A stretch of 62,899 bases of DNA, counting the filler, from Welwitschia mirabilis (Eukaryota): assembly GCA_051453625.1 (NCBI GenBank). It is 6 parts of one record of this genome, joined end to end, with 100 filler letters (N's around TTAATTAATTAA, not from the genome) between each part and the next. Parts side by side here need not be neighbours in the genome. Positions count along the whole stretch, not along the records: positions 48,752 to 55,108 come from JBOZIK010000001.1; positions 55,209 to 57,649 come from JBOZIK010000001.1; positions 57,750 to 62,899 come from JBOZIK010000001.1; 3 more parts are not named here. One strand, given 5' to 3'. Below, in pieces: positions 51,701 through 62,899 of this stretch (positions are counted from its first letter, which is position 1; each line of letters opens with the position of its first letter). The notes under the pieces are model-generated. The model was not told where the DNA came from. It saw nothing but the letters and a program-made list of their open reading frames with translations, and searched no databases. Both the position numbers and the translations under genes were made by a program.

Positions 51701-54189
51701 TCTTTTAAACTTAACTTATGTATTTATTTCCATGACTAGTCTTTTGACTTGGACATTTCAGTGGTAACCAATCTTAGAACATTCACATGTCCATGAACTT
51801 AAATTAAAGGAATATGCTTTATTTTTGATGTTTTTCTTAATGGTTAAAAGATATTGGATTATTTAAGAGTATTCTTTTCTGTCTTAGTCTTATGAATTTC
51901 ATCTTTTTCTTTTGGAGTGTTTGGTCATGTGAAATGTTATTTCCTTTTCTTAAAAAAAAAAAAAAGAAAGAGTGAAATAAAGACCATGATATTTTATATT
52001 TGTGTTATCTCAAAAACATGGTCACCATGATGTCCTACTGCAAGTACACTAGGGCAAATATTTCCAAGAGGAGCCTTTGGTAGTGTAATATGATAGCTAT
52101 GGGAACTCCAATGAGAGGTCAGTTGGTCATGATTCACGGATCTTTACTTTCTGATAGTGGTTGCACTCTTCTCATCATGGGTAATAAAGTTGTATTTAAA
52201 CTTTAAGGCTATAGGATCAATGGTATTCCTGGTATCATCAGAGGCATTGCTTATTTATTAAACTCTTAGTCTTTTCACATGATTATTTTATTTTTTGATA
52301 TTTTAGTATTTGTTTTGAGATGACGGTATGAGAGTTCATTTTTAAGTAATTCTTTAGTTTGATCATTCATTATTTAAAGTGTATTACTTTAGCATCGTCA
52401 TAATCATTACCTTATCAAATGGAACTTGTGTACATAAAGTCATGCACTTTTTACATTAAGTAATGTTCTGATTAGTTTCATTTAAAAATTATTAGATAAA
52501 AATGCTACAGTGGTGAGATATCTTTTATTTATATTATCTTATACCCATCCTTCTTGTTTTTTTTTTGTGATTTTATTAGTTATTTAAAGTCATTACCATA
52601 TTTTCTTCATATGTTTTCCTATTTTAGTTTTTAATAAAAGGTAATTTCTTATTTAGATTTATGTTATTTTTTAGATTTTTGNNNNNNNNNNNNNNNNNNN
52701 NNNNNNNNNNTATGGCAAAACACTTTTTGTCTACTCTTTTCTACCTGTCAGAATATTTTTATATCTTTATAGTTTTCAAATTTAACATTACTCAGCTTTA
52801 CACTTTGTTTTGAAAGTTATCCTCATTTTCATTTTCTACCTTCCCACTTCTATTTATTTTCTTTACTTTATTTGCTAAATATAGGACATATTACCTTTTC
52901 TTTTGAGGGAAAGAGGTAGATACCCATTTACATGGCTCATTTTCAAAATTTTTGAATATTTTATTATAAAATTTTCAAATTTTTCATACACACTGTGCAT
53001 TACTTGTCATTTGTTTATATGATGTTGTTTTTATGAGCCTATTATTATAATTTCTAGATTATCTTTTGAAAAATAAATTGGCTCACAATTATAGTTTTTC
53101 TGCTTGATTTTTATAAGGGACTGACAAAGGCTAAGTGGGGGGCTATGTTGCACTATCAATTTATGATTATTTAATAGGTTTTATGAGTTGTTTTGCAGGA
53201 CTTTTATATAGATGCAATTCTGAGGATTTTGGAAATACAAGAGAAAATCTCAGAAAAGTGCAATTATTATCCAAATTTGATGCATTAAAGATACTTTTCA
53301 AGGAATAGAGATTTTCATGATGAANNNNNNNNNNNNNNNNNNNNNNNNNNNNNNNNNNNNNNNNNNNNNNNNNNNNNNNNNNNNNNNNNNNNNNNNNNNN
53401 NNNNNNNNNNNNNNNNNNNNNNNNNNNNTATTTTGTAATAGTTTGTCATCCTCAATGTAGTCCGGATGATAGCTCTGATGACACTGATATGTAACTGTTA
53501 CTAATAGATTTTCTTAGCCATTTCATTTATTTCTGAGTGCCTAATGAATGTGTGTAATTACATCTTCTGTTTATTTGTTTCTATTGTATTTTCCTATAAA
53601 TAAGATGACTCTCCTATCCATATTCAATGCATCATGGATTCTCGTGATAAGAGAGTAAAGGAAGGGAGATCTATCTTAAGAGTTATAGAACGACAAGTAC
53701 TTGGTAGAGGGATGAGTATCTTTTATTGAGACCCGACTATTTTGTAATCCAGATATATGTTACTTTTAATATAAATTTTGGTTTTCTTTATATGTTTGTA
53801 TTGTTTGTATTATAGGATTTCTTATGTCTCTTATAGTTTAATGTTACTCAAGATCTCATGATAATCTCTTAGGTGATATAGATTATCAAGGATAGCCCTT
53901 GTTAGGACTGAAGAGCAAAATAGGGTTAGAATTCATTTGCATTACATGTTAGTTTAGATTGCATATTGCACTTTACATGGTAGTTTATCTTCTTGCATTA
54001 TTTTTTATTCTTGGTTCTTATTTAATTACAAAAGCAACTTAAGTCCCTTATGGATAGATTTTAATGAGATACGACATTTTGGGTTACTCCCACTATATTA
54101 GCATGATGTATTATGCATAATATCTATTTTAATTATTAATAACAAAATCTATTTAAATGTAAAAGCCTACATAAATACACACTGCAACA
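48752..54189 (+). mobile_element. Athila-like element F: gag C-terminus, protease, long non-coding 3' region, PPT, 3' LTR
   Basis: CDLCEDNYH; QRPQGTLPTQP; RVLIDIRASVNIMSFHICKRLGL; PPT CTAAGTGGGGGG 53131-53142; LTR 53146-54189 with TGTTGCA/TGCAACA termini. Confidence 0.75.
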
Positions 54190-54613
54190 AGCAAGCTTGT
54201 CTTCCATAGTATCTTGAAGAGGCCAAATCTCTTCATAGTTATTTGTAGGAAGATCATTCAGCTTAGAAATAATATTTGCTATTACTCTGAGTTGCTTCCC
54301 CAAAACAAGGATTTCAAGGGCTCTAGATTCATGATCATAAGAAGCATTATAGTAAAACATTCGAGTGAAAAATGGATAAGTAGAGGTAGAAACATTTAAA
54401 AAGTAATCAAGATCCTAATTTCTTAGGAGTTGAATAACTTCCCTGAGCTCTTTAATCTTTGAAGTGACTACTAACCACTCCTGGTACACTAGTTTCTTCT
54501 CAAAATTCTTTGAGAACTTGTTAATATCCTCTTCAGACATCTCCTAGTAGAAATTAGCAGGATCCCTTGAAGGAGCTTTCTTAACTCTCCTACTAGATGG
54601 GATTTCAGCCATT
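54190..54613 (-). pseudogene. N-terminal part of element D extra ORF
   Basis: MSEEDINKFSKNFEKK..YPFFTRMFYYNASYD aligns with the element B ORF (EEEIDRFAAKFEKK..YPFLIRLFYVNASFD); cut by F LTR. Confidence 0.8.
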
Positions 54614-55208
54614 TTAAGGACTTTGCAAGCAAGGAAACTGAGAGAAAAGCACTAGATCTGAGAGTAAAGCTATGGATCTTAAAGAAAGAGCTCTATATTT
54701 GAGAGATGGAGAAGGCTAGAACATAATAAAATCAATTTAGATCCTATTTTTTTTTAGACTATGTGAAATAAAGTGAAAAGAAAAAGGAAATTGAGTCCAC
54801 AGATGGTACTTTCACACTGTGATCCATTAGGTCCATTCAATAACTTGAGATTCTAATCGATCCATTGAGATACAGGTCTATAGTACTAGAAGGAGTCTGG
54901 GTGACTAGGCTTTTAGGCCAGTCGACTGATAACATCTGGTTGACCGAATCATAGGTCCAGTTGACTACCTTGCAATTAGCCAAAAAACAATGACTGAATC
55001 CCCAGTTCATTTTAATGATTGATAATTAAATTATAGTCATGAGGTGTTATATTAGAATTCTTCAGAAAACATTTAGTTTTAACAAGATTTAAGCTATTGT
55101 TTTCTTCTNNNNNNNNNNNNNNNNNNNNNNNNNNNNNNNNNNNNNNNNNNNNTTAATTAATTAANNNNNNNNNNNNNNNNNNNNNNNNNNNNNNNNNNNN
55201 NNNNNNNN

Positions 55209-55850
55209 AGGTTTTCAAATTACCTTGAAGTTCTTCCAATGCCATTGCATTTATGTTCTTGCTTTCTTCAATGGCTATGACCTTTGGTTTGAATCTCTTA
55301 AGTAGGGATCTTAATACTTTCCTTACCACTTTTTCTTTATCCAAGTGTTCTTCAAGGCTTTTCATAGAGTTTATGATATCAGTGAGTCTAGCAAAAGATT
55401 CCTACAATGTTTCTTTTTTATCCATATAGATATATTCAAATTTTGAAATAAGCATCTAGAGTTTAGCTTGTTTTATAGTTAAAGTTCCTTCTTGTGCTAC
55501 TTCGAGATTATCCCAAGATTCCTTAGCATGGTTATAGTTTACTATGCATTTAAACTCATCTAAAAAAACTACACAAAATATAACATTAAGGGCATGAGCA
55601 TCTATGGTAGTTTTTGACTTGTTAGTGATGGTCCATTGGTCTCAAACTTTGGGAACTATATAGTGTTGCCATTAACATCGGTTTGGATTAACATAAGCAT
55701 AGTGTAACCTTTGTAGACGACTTCCTCTATGTCCACATCTAAGAATCTAAGAAATATTTTTATCTTGGCTTTCCAGTAAGCATAGTTTAATCCATCAAAC
55801 ATAGGTGGATGACTAGTAGAAAAACCATCAAAAGGATTACTTATTTTAGT
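55209..55850 (-). pseudogene. SIRE D gag N-terminus
   Basis: MFDGLNYAYWKAK; VVRKVLRSLLKRFKPKVIAIEESK. Confidence 0.88.
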
Positions 55851-57557
55851 GTTCTAAGATCAAGATTGGTTAAAATCTAAAAAAGACTTAACTTGGCTTT
55901 GATACCAAAAAATAGGATCGAGAATCCTGGTGGGGGGGGGGGGGGGGGGGGGTGTAAANNNNNNNNNNNNNNNNNNNNNNNNNNNNNNNNNNNNNNNNNN
56001 NNNNNNNNNNNNNNNNNNNNNNNNNNNNNNNNNNNNNNNNNNNNNNNNNNNNNNNNNNNNNNNNNNNNNNNNNNNNNNNNNNNNNNNNNNNNNNNNNNNN
56101 NNNNNNNNNNNNNNNNNNNNNNNNNNNNNNNNNNNNNNNNNNNNNNNNNNNNNNNNNNNNNNNNNNNNNNNNNNNNNNNNNNNNNNNNNNNNNNNNNNNN
56201 NNNNNNNNNNNNNNNNNNNNNNNNNNNNNNNNNNNNNNNNNNNNNNNNNNNNNNNNNNNNNNNNNNNNNNNNNNNNNNNNNNNNNNNNNNNNNNNNNNNN
56301 NNNNNNNNNNNNNNNNNNNNNNNNNNNNNNNNNNNNNNNNNNNNNNNNNNNNNNNNNNNNNNNNNNNNNNNNNNNNNNNNNNNNNNNNNNNNNNNNNNNN
56401 NNNNNNNNNNNNNNNNNNNNNNNNNNNNNNNNNNNNNNNNNNNNNNNNCTAAATGAATCCAATCTTAAATAAAGCTTGCATATAATAATTAACTAATCCA
56501 AAATATGCATGAAATAAAAATAATAATAAAAGTAAAGAAATAATTATTAAAAGTACAAAAATATCAAATGGATGCAAGCCATATTTATAGGTTTGGGAAA
56601 CCCCTACTTTACTTTCGATGATCAGCTTATTCCCAAGCTAGATCCATACTCCACCAGGTATTCTAAGTTTACATGTAATCTTTATAATAGATTTTTCAGG
56701 CTTACTCTCAACTTTTAAATGGACTTTTCAAGGCTTAATCTCAATCTTTGAATAGGCTTTTCAAGGCTTAGTCTCAACTTTTGAATAGACTTTTCAAGGC
56801 TTAGTTTTAACCTTTCAGAAAGCAAAGGAGTAATAGAATGATGCCAATAGATCATGGATATCACTTGTTCTTGATTCAGTAGATTTGCTAGAGCTCTTCT
56901 TCTATAGATGTAAAATGAATAAAGCTCTAAATATGACCTTGAATATAGAGATAATACTAATGGTAGATCTTTTTCAGTTAGAAGTATAGATGCCAAGATA
57001 CAATAGTGAAAGTCACAAGATTATAATGCTTTATCCTTCAGATCTAATAGATTCACATAAATGAAGATAGTTTTCAAAGATTCTTTGATTATCTATGTCT
57101 TAGATATTTATATTGTAAGGATTTTAATGTTTATTATATTTGAAATGTCTTCCAATGGTTATAAATGGCTAGAAAATAACTACCCAATGGCTACATAATG
57201 AATACATAATGATTAGAAAATTTTACTTTCATTTTGTCCAGTTGACCCCTAAAAAATTAGATTGATCTCATTTGGTGCTATGACTTACACAGATCACCCA
57301 AATGAAAATTTTAGTTGTTTTAAATTCTTATAGCTCCATGTCTGGTCGATTTCATCTGGGATTGGTCGACCCTAATCTAGTCGCTCACTACATTATCTAG
57401 CCGCTAGCTTCTCCTGATAAAATTCATTTTAGTTTCTAGCATTAGGTCTGGTTAACTCATTTAGGTATCTGATCAACCCCAAGATGATCTATTCAACCAT
57501 ATTAGCTACACAGTGCTTAGGTCTAGTCAACCCCATCATAGATCCAGTCAACCCCTT

Positions 57558-57649
57558 TGATAGGATCGAGAACCCTAGGGGGAACTGAATAGCTTCTTTA
57601 AAAATTCCAAATAATATTTTAAATGAAATCAAACTGAAACACAAACTTA
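57558..57649 (-). repeat. End of a further SIRE LTR inserted in the D 5' LTR
   Basis: TGATAGGATCGAGAACCCTAGGGGG starts abruptly inside the D LTR. Confidence 0.7.
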
Positions 57650-57749
57650 NNNNNNNNNNNNNNNNNNNNNNNNNNNNNNNNNNNNNNNNNNNNTTAATTA
57701 ATTAANNNNNNNNNNNNNNNNNNNNNNNNNNNNNNNNNNNNNNNNNNNN

Positions 57750-60640
57750 TAGAAAGTATCCTACAATTTGGTAAGATTGAAATTCATTGCTTGGATTTTG
57801 GGTGGCATAGCCTATAAAACATTTAAAAGCTGTAGAATAGTCCTCCTTGTCTTTTTATTTGAATCCACACAACTGCTTCCTCAACTCTCGTATTTGTTGG
57901 CTTGTCATATATAACTCAATAAAGGCAATAAACATGTCCTCCCATGTACTAATGCTATGATTTGATAAGGAACTAAACCACATTTTAACTTTCTCCCTGA
58001 GAGTTAGTGGAAAGACTTTACAAAATGTCCTATCACCCATATCCTTTCCTATGCATTGTCATGTCCACGAAATGTATGGTATAAAGAGAGATTTCAAATT
58101 TTGACATCCTCACCACGTGGTAGACTCTTATTGGATTGTCGATTCTATTCTTTCTATTCAACAACAAGACTTTTAATAATGCATTGGGTACAGTTGAAGA
58201 GTTCATTTTGGTTCCAGGCCATGTTTTGCTCATCTCACAAATTTGTATCAATTTTTCCCAAGCTATTGTAGGATTTTTGTCTAAGATGTTTCCCCCACTT
58301 GCAAAATCAAACTTTTGTCTAGTCTAAGGGTTTAATCATTCTAGAAAGTATCCTACAATTTGGTAAGATTGAAATTCATTGCTTGGATTTTGGGTGACAT
58401 AGCCTATAAAACATTCAAAGCTGCACAATAGTCCTCCTCATCTTTTTGTTTGAATCCACACAACTGCTTCCTCAACTCTTGTATTTGTTGGCTTGTCATA
58501 TATCACTCAATGAAGGCAATAAACATGTCATCCCATGAATTAATGCTATGATTTGATAAGGAATCGAACCACATTTTAACTTTCTTCCTAACAGTTAGCA
58601 GAAAGACTACACAAAATGCCCTATCACCCATACCTTTTCCTATACTTTTAGCATTTTGCTCAAGTTCAATACAATGACTATAAGGGTCTTCATTGTCATG
58701 TCCATGGAATGTATGGTATATAGAGAGATTGCAAATTTTGACATCCTCACCACATGGTAGACTCTTATTGGATTGTCAACTCTATTCTTTCTATTCAACA
58801 ACAAGACTTTATTGATGCATTGGGTGCATTTGAAGAGCTCATTTTGTTGTTTAAAGGAGGATTAGTTGCATGAGAATATGGAACTAAAAAATAAGTCTTG
58901 TTTTTGGCGATTATTTGCAAATTAAGCAACGAAGGAAAGTAATTTTTGTCAAAAAGTTCATCAAATTCACCACTATGAAGATTTTTTGATGATTCACTGA
59001 AAAATGGATCTTGATAAAACTCTTCCCTATGAGAATTTGGTCTAGCCTCATGATTTTGGCTATAATCAAACAATCCTTCTCTAATGGCTTCTCTAATTAA
59101 CCCTTGATCACTATTTAACCAATGAGGCATATGAAGACATGAAAATGGTAGTTGCTGCAATGTTAGATAAAAACCAAATAACAAAAACATAAACACACAA
59201 GTTATTCACTCCACCCTGATGTAAGGTGTAGGAGTGCACAAGGCCTCAATCACTTGGATCATATAGGATAGGTTTGTCAAACTCCACCAGACGCAAGATG
59301 TAGGAGTGCACAAGGCCTCAAACATTATGATCATACAAAGTGGCTTTCAAAGACTTTACCAAATGTAAGGTGTAAAAGTGCACAAGGCCTCAATTACCAA
59401 ATTCACACAAGAAATGTTTATTTATGATTAATGCAAACAAAACATAAATATAAAACTATGGAAGGGTAGAGAAATCAAACTCAGGTAGAGTTTATAGACC
59501 GTTCCCTTCGTTTATTCACTAATAGAATTCACCAAAAGCATAGAACAAAGCATGAAAATCCTAACCTTGCTTGCAGCCTTGAGTGAGGATCTTCTTCTCT
59601 CAGGCAGACCTACTTGGCTTCCTTCGCAATGGTGCCAAATTGTGATGAGGTTGTTGTGAAACTAGTTTAAGCATGTATTCATACCATCCAATGATCTCAA
59701 ATATCATATCCAGTGAAGACAAGAGGTTAGAGAGTAGAAGAACACTTGAGGAAGAGATATTGCAAGCTATTTCAAAAGAAAATACAATATTAAAATAAGA
59801 GAAACAACAATCCAAGTCACTGCCCCAGACCATGTACCCTATAACATCAATTATAAATCACTATACTGCAATGAAAAGCAACGCACAATGTAACAATTAG
59901 AAATTGAAGATTTTATTAACTCAAATATTTGCAATACATGACTCGCATTGAGGGCTTGAAAAGAAGGGTCTCATCTCAACTAACAAAATGAGGGAAGGGA
60001 CCTAGTTCCAAGTGTCTCCTAATGGCTTCCTCACTCCTGCTACTTCTATCACCTCCTTCAGGCAAAGAATAGGCCAACCTTGGCAAAGATAAGCTCCTCA
60101 TCAAAATAGCTTGAGAATAAGTTAGGAAGTTAAGAGAATTGGTTATGCATGAACCATTACTATCACTACTTACATCACTGGGCGACTACAACTAGCAATA
60201 CTTCCAATCTGCAACAGAAGAAGGTGTTAGACATTGTTAGGTGATGTTGTAGTGATTGCTTTGATGAAACATAAAAGAAGGCCTTGTTGGATCACTGCTC
60301 GGTAATACTATTTTAGTGAAACGTAGAAGGCAGCGTCATTTGGACATTGCTAAGTAATCACTAGGCAATAATGTTGTTACAAAATCATTATTACGCGATT
60401 GTGTAGGGATAGTTTTGTCACTACCCAGTTTCTTGCATTCTTTGAGTCCAATTGAAGTTTGATGTAATCTTGTCTTCCTTGAAAATCTATAACCCCACAA
60501 CACTTATCAGCCCACAACTCAAAATCAAAAGTAAACCTAAAACTAGGGGGAACTAATGAAGGAAGTCAAGTCTATTGAGTATCCTCAAGCCTCCAATCCC
60601 CTTTTAGAGTCTGCATTTTTGACAGAATCCTCCAATTCAA
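57750..60640 (-). mobile_element. Athila-like element 5' part: LTR, PBS, leader repeats, gag with tandem duplication
   Basis: PBS-like TGGCACCATTGCGAAGG (59620-59637 reverse); three ~73-bp leader repeats 59218-59400; gag EDPYSH..FPLTLREKVKMWFSSLSNHSISTWEDM; LTR far boundary uncertain. Confidence 0.7.
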
Positions 60641-60699
60641 CCATGAAAGAAGGCTCTTCTACCTTGAAGGATTTAAAAATTTTAAAGCAAAGCCAAAAT

Positions 60700-61630
60700 C
60701 CTACAACTTAAAGTTCAAATGTGGTTTCATGTCTCCTTCGTGAGGGTGGTGACCATAAAACTGAGCAATGTCCTACTCTTGCTACTTGCAAGGAATTCAT
60801 TTTTGAAGAAGTCTATGCTTTTAGTTCACAATCTAAAATATAATCTATGGGAGACTTTAGGAGAATGTTTAGTTCCCAATTTAGATCTCTTGGAAACGAT
60901 GTGCCTCGATTACCTTACAAGAGCCGCAATCAATATTATCCAAGCAATAAAGACAATAGTAACCAAGGCCTTGATGCATTAAAGACAATTTGGAGGAATT
61001 AGTGAAGCAAATGCAGAAAACCAATCAAAATATGGGAAAAAACGTTGGAGACCTTGTAGCAATCAATCTTACATAATCAACAAAAGTAGGGAACAATCCT
61101 CTCTCAACCATATTCCAACAAAGATCATGTAAAGAATTATAAAGTAGTAACACAAAGGGGAAATTGATACAAACCCTAAAATTTCAACTAAATAAAACAA
61201 AGCAAAGAATGAAGAAGACATTGAGGAAATAGTACCTTTAATAAGCTTAAACCAACCCATTCCTTCAATGTCTTGTGACAATAGTAAAAGAAAGACAGAT
61301 AAGGAATCACTCCTTGGATGACATGTTTAAAACCAACTTTAGCTTGTGATGAATGCTTAAGGGAGACCATAGGAATCAATATTAATTTAACCCTTTGGAA
61401 GACATTTTAGGATAGTAAACAACAGGATAGTAAACAATAGGCAAAAGTTTAGAGAACCTAGTAATCAAAAGGAAGAATAGGGAAATGCCGAAGGAGGTAT
61501 CCATGGCATAGCTTCTTTCCTTGCGAATAAAGCCCTAAAATATAAGGATCTAGGAGCTACTATCGTGAGTGTACATTTAGAATGGAGTAAGAAAGTGAGG
61601 ACATGCCTAATTAATTCATTCATTGAACCT
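60700..61630 (+). pseudogene. Gypsy (Athila-like) gag zinc-knuckle to protease remnant
   Basis: EGGDHKTEQCP; LKYKDLGATIVSV..RTCLIN; heavily decayed. Confidence 0.55.
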
Positions 61631-62226
61631 ATCACCACATGCTTATAGCCTGGTGTTGCAAGTAGTGACAATACAATTACATAACCACTTCAATAATTTC
61701 GCTTCTAACCTCCAAAAACTCTAAGCTATTTAAGCAAGGGGCTTCTCCTTGCAAAACATCTTCCTGATCACTTAAATGATGTGACAAAAGTATCAAGTGT
61801 TAAGAGGCCCATTAGCAAAGCCTTGAAATGAGGTCCCTTGCCTCATCTAATTCATAAAGGTTACATCCTTATGTCCGAGCCTTAAATGTAAGTGACATAA
61901 TTATTTAATGCATAGACTTAATAAGAGCCTATTTCATGTTTCTTAGTTTATTAAGTCTACTGCATGTTAGATTGATGACATTTTATTTCCATGTGTGTAT
62001 AATCCATAGTTTGAGAGTAATTGGGTGATAGCCAATTAGAATTTACCTGGTGACTTGCATTATTGAGTTTAGATGCATGGTTGTTTCCATAGTATAGTCT
62101 TTTTTATTTTCGTAATAGTTATTTGGAATTTTGCGCTCACCAAGTTTTATCCTTCTCTCTAACTCCTTGTCTTCACTAATTTCAATATTTGGGATTATTG
62201 AATGATATGAATTAGATGCTTAGAGA

Positions 62227-62899
62227 TGTTATAAATTTAACAACAAAAAAGTACTAAACAAAATGGAATAGCAGGCAAACAAAATGAACAACACAGAACT
62301 TACATGGTTTAGGCTCTTTTTACCCTACATCCACAAGAAGCGATGCAAAGCTCTATTGATTAATTAGAAGCAAACAACAAACAACCCTCTAACAGGTTTA
62401 TATAGCCTTAGGGTTAGGGTTACAAGTCAATCCTCTTTTACAACTTTAAATAAGGGTCAATGTTAAAATATAACATTTTAACATAAATAACATATTTGGC
62501 TTCACATATTAACACTCTCCCACTTGTAGATAAATTTCCCATGCCTTCAAGATTAGCTCCTTATGAAACTCAAGAGATGCAATTCTTTCCAATGTCTCCA
62601 ACTCAACAACCCTAAGTCCAACACCTTCCATGCAGGTGTAATGCTTGCAACCGTGTACTGCCTTTGTGAGATAATCAACCCGATTATCTTATGTTTTGAC
62701 TTTAACAATATGGATTATCTCCTTCTCCACCACATCTTGAATAAAGTGATATTTCACATCAATATGCTTTGTTCGAGCATGAAATGCAGCATTCTTAGCC
62801 AAGTGAATAGCACTCTGGCAATCACAATAAATAAAGTACTTATTTTGAGAAAATCCAAATCACTCAAGCATGCGTCTCAGTCAAATCATCTCTTTCGTT
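62227..62899 (-). mobile_element. Copia element related to E: RNase H end, PPT, 3' LTR (62227-62514); truncated by window end
   Basis: IYCDCQSAIHLAKNAAFHARTKHIDVKYHFI; shares TTTGGCTTCACATATTAACA and TCTCCCACTTG with E. Confidence 0.9.

Larger units (their letters stand above)
46848..57557 (-). mobile_element. SIRE element D (B-related), fragmented across linkers and interrupted by Athila-like F
   Basis: 3' LTR 46848-48474 with PPTs at 48475 and 48537; extra ORF 54190-54613; gag 55209-55850; PBS 55895-55907; 5' LTR ~55910-57557 colinear with the 3' LTR; pol not visible. Confidence 0.75.

Noticed and set aside
54613-55209. SIRE D apparently lacking pol (also gag next to an LTR end at 29155-30437)
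   Set aside because: A linker of unknown true size lies exactly where pol should be, so absence cannot be claimed
29371-57705. Five exact TTAATTAATTAA palindromes
   Set aside because: Each is centred in a 100-bp N spacer; artificial six-frame-stop contig linker, not a biological repeat

Overview
Gene-free, gap-rich plant heterochromatin-like window made almost entirely of nested, decayed transposable elements; I can support no host gene, RNA gene or CRISPR array. Contents: at least six Ty1/copia SIRE (Sirevirus) copies, four showing a 3' extra ('env-like') ORF; a Tnt1/Tork-like copia with a perfect TSD but no integrase; two Ty3/gypsy Tat pieces whose domain order appears to be GAG-PROT-aRH-RT-RH-INT (TatII-like); several Athila-like gag/protease remnants; a degenerate intron-containing Helitron2/Helentron-type RepHel gene (~31.8-35.3 kb); and a short poly(A)-tailed insertion inside a SIRE integrase. 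Five 100-bp N44-TTAATTAATTAA-N44 spacers are artificial contig linkers, so adjacency across them is uncertain. All protein assignments come from manual translation and motif recognition, not database searches.
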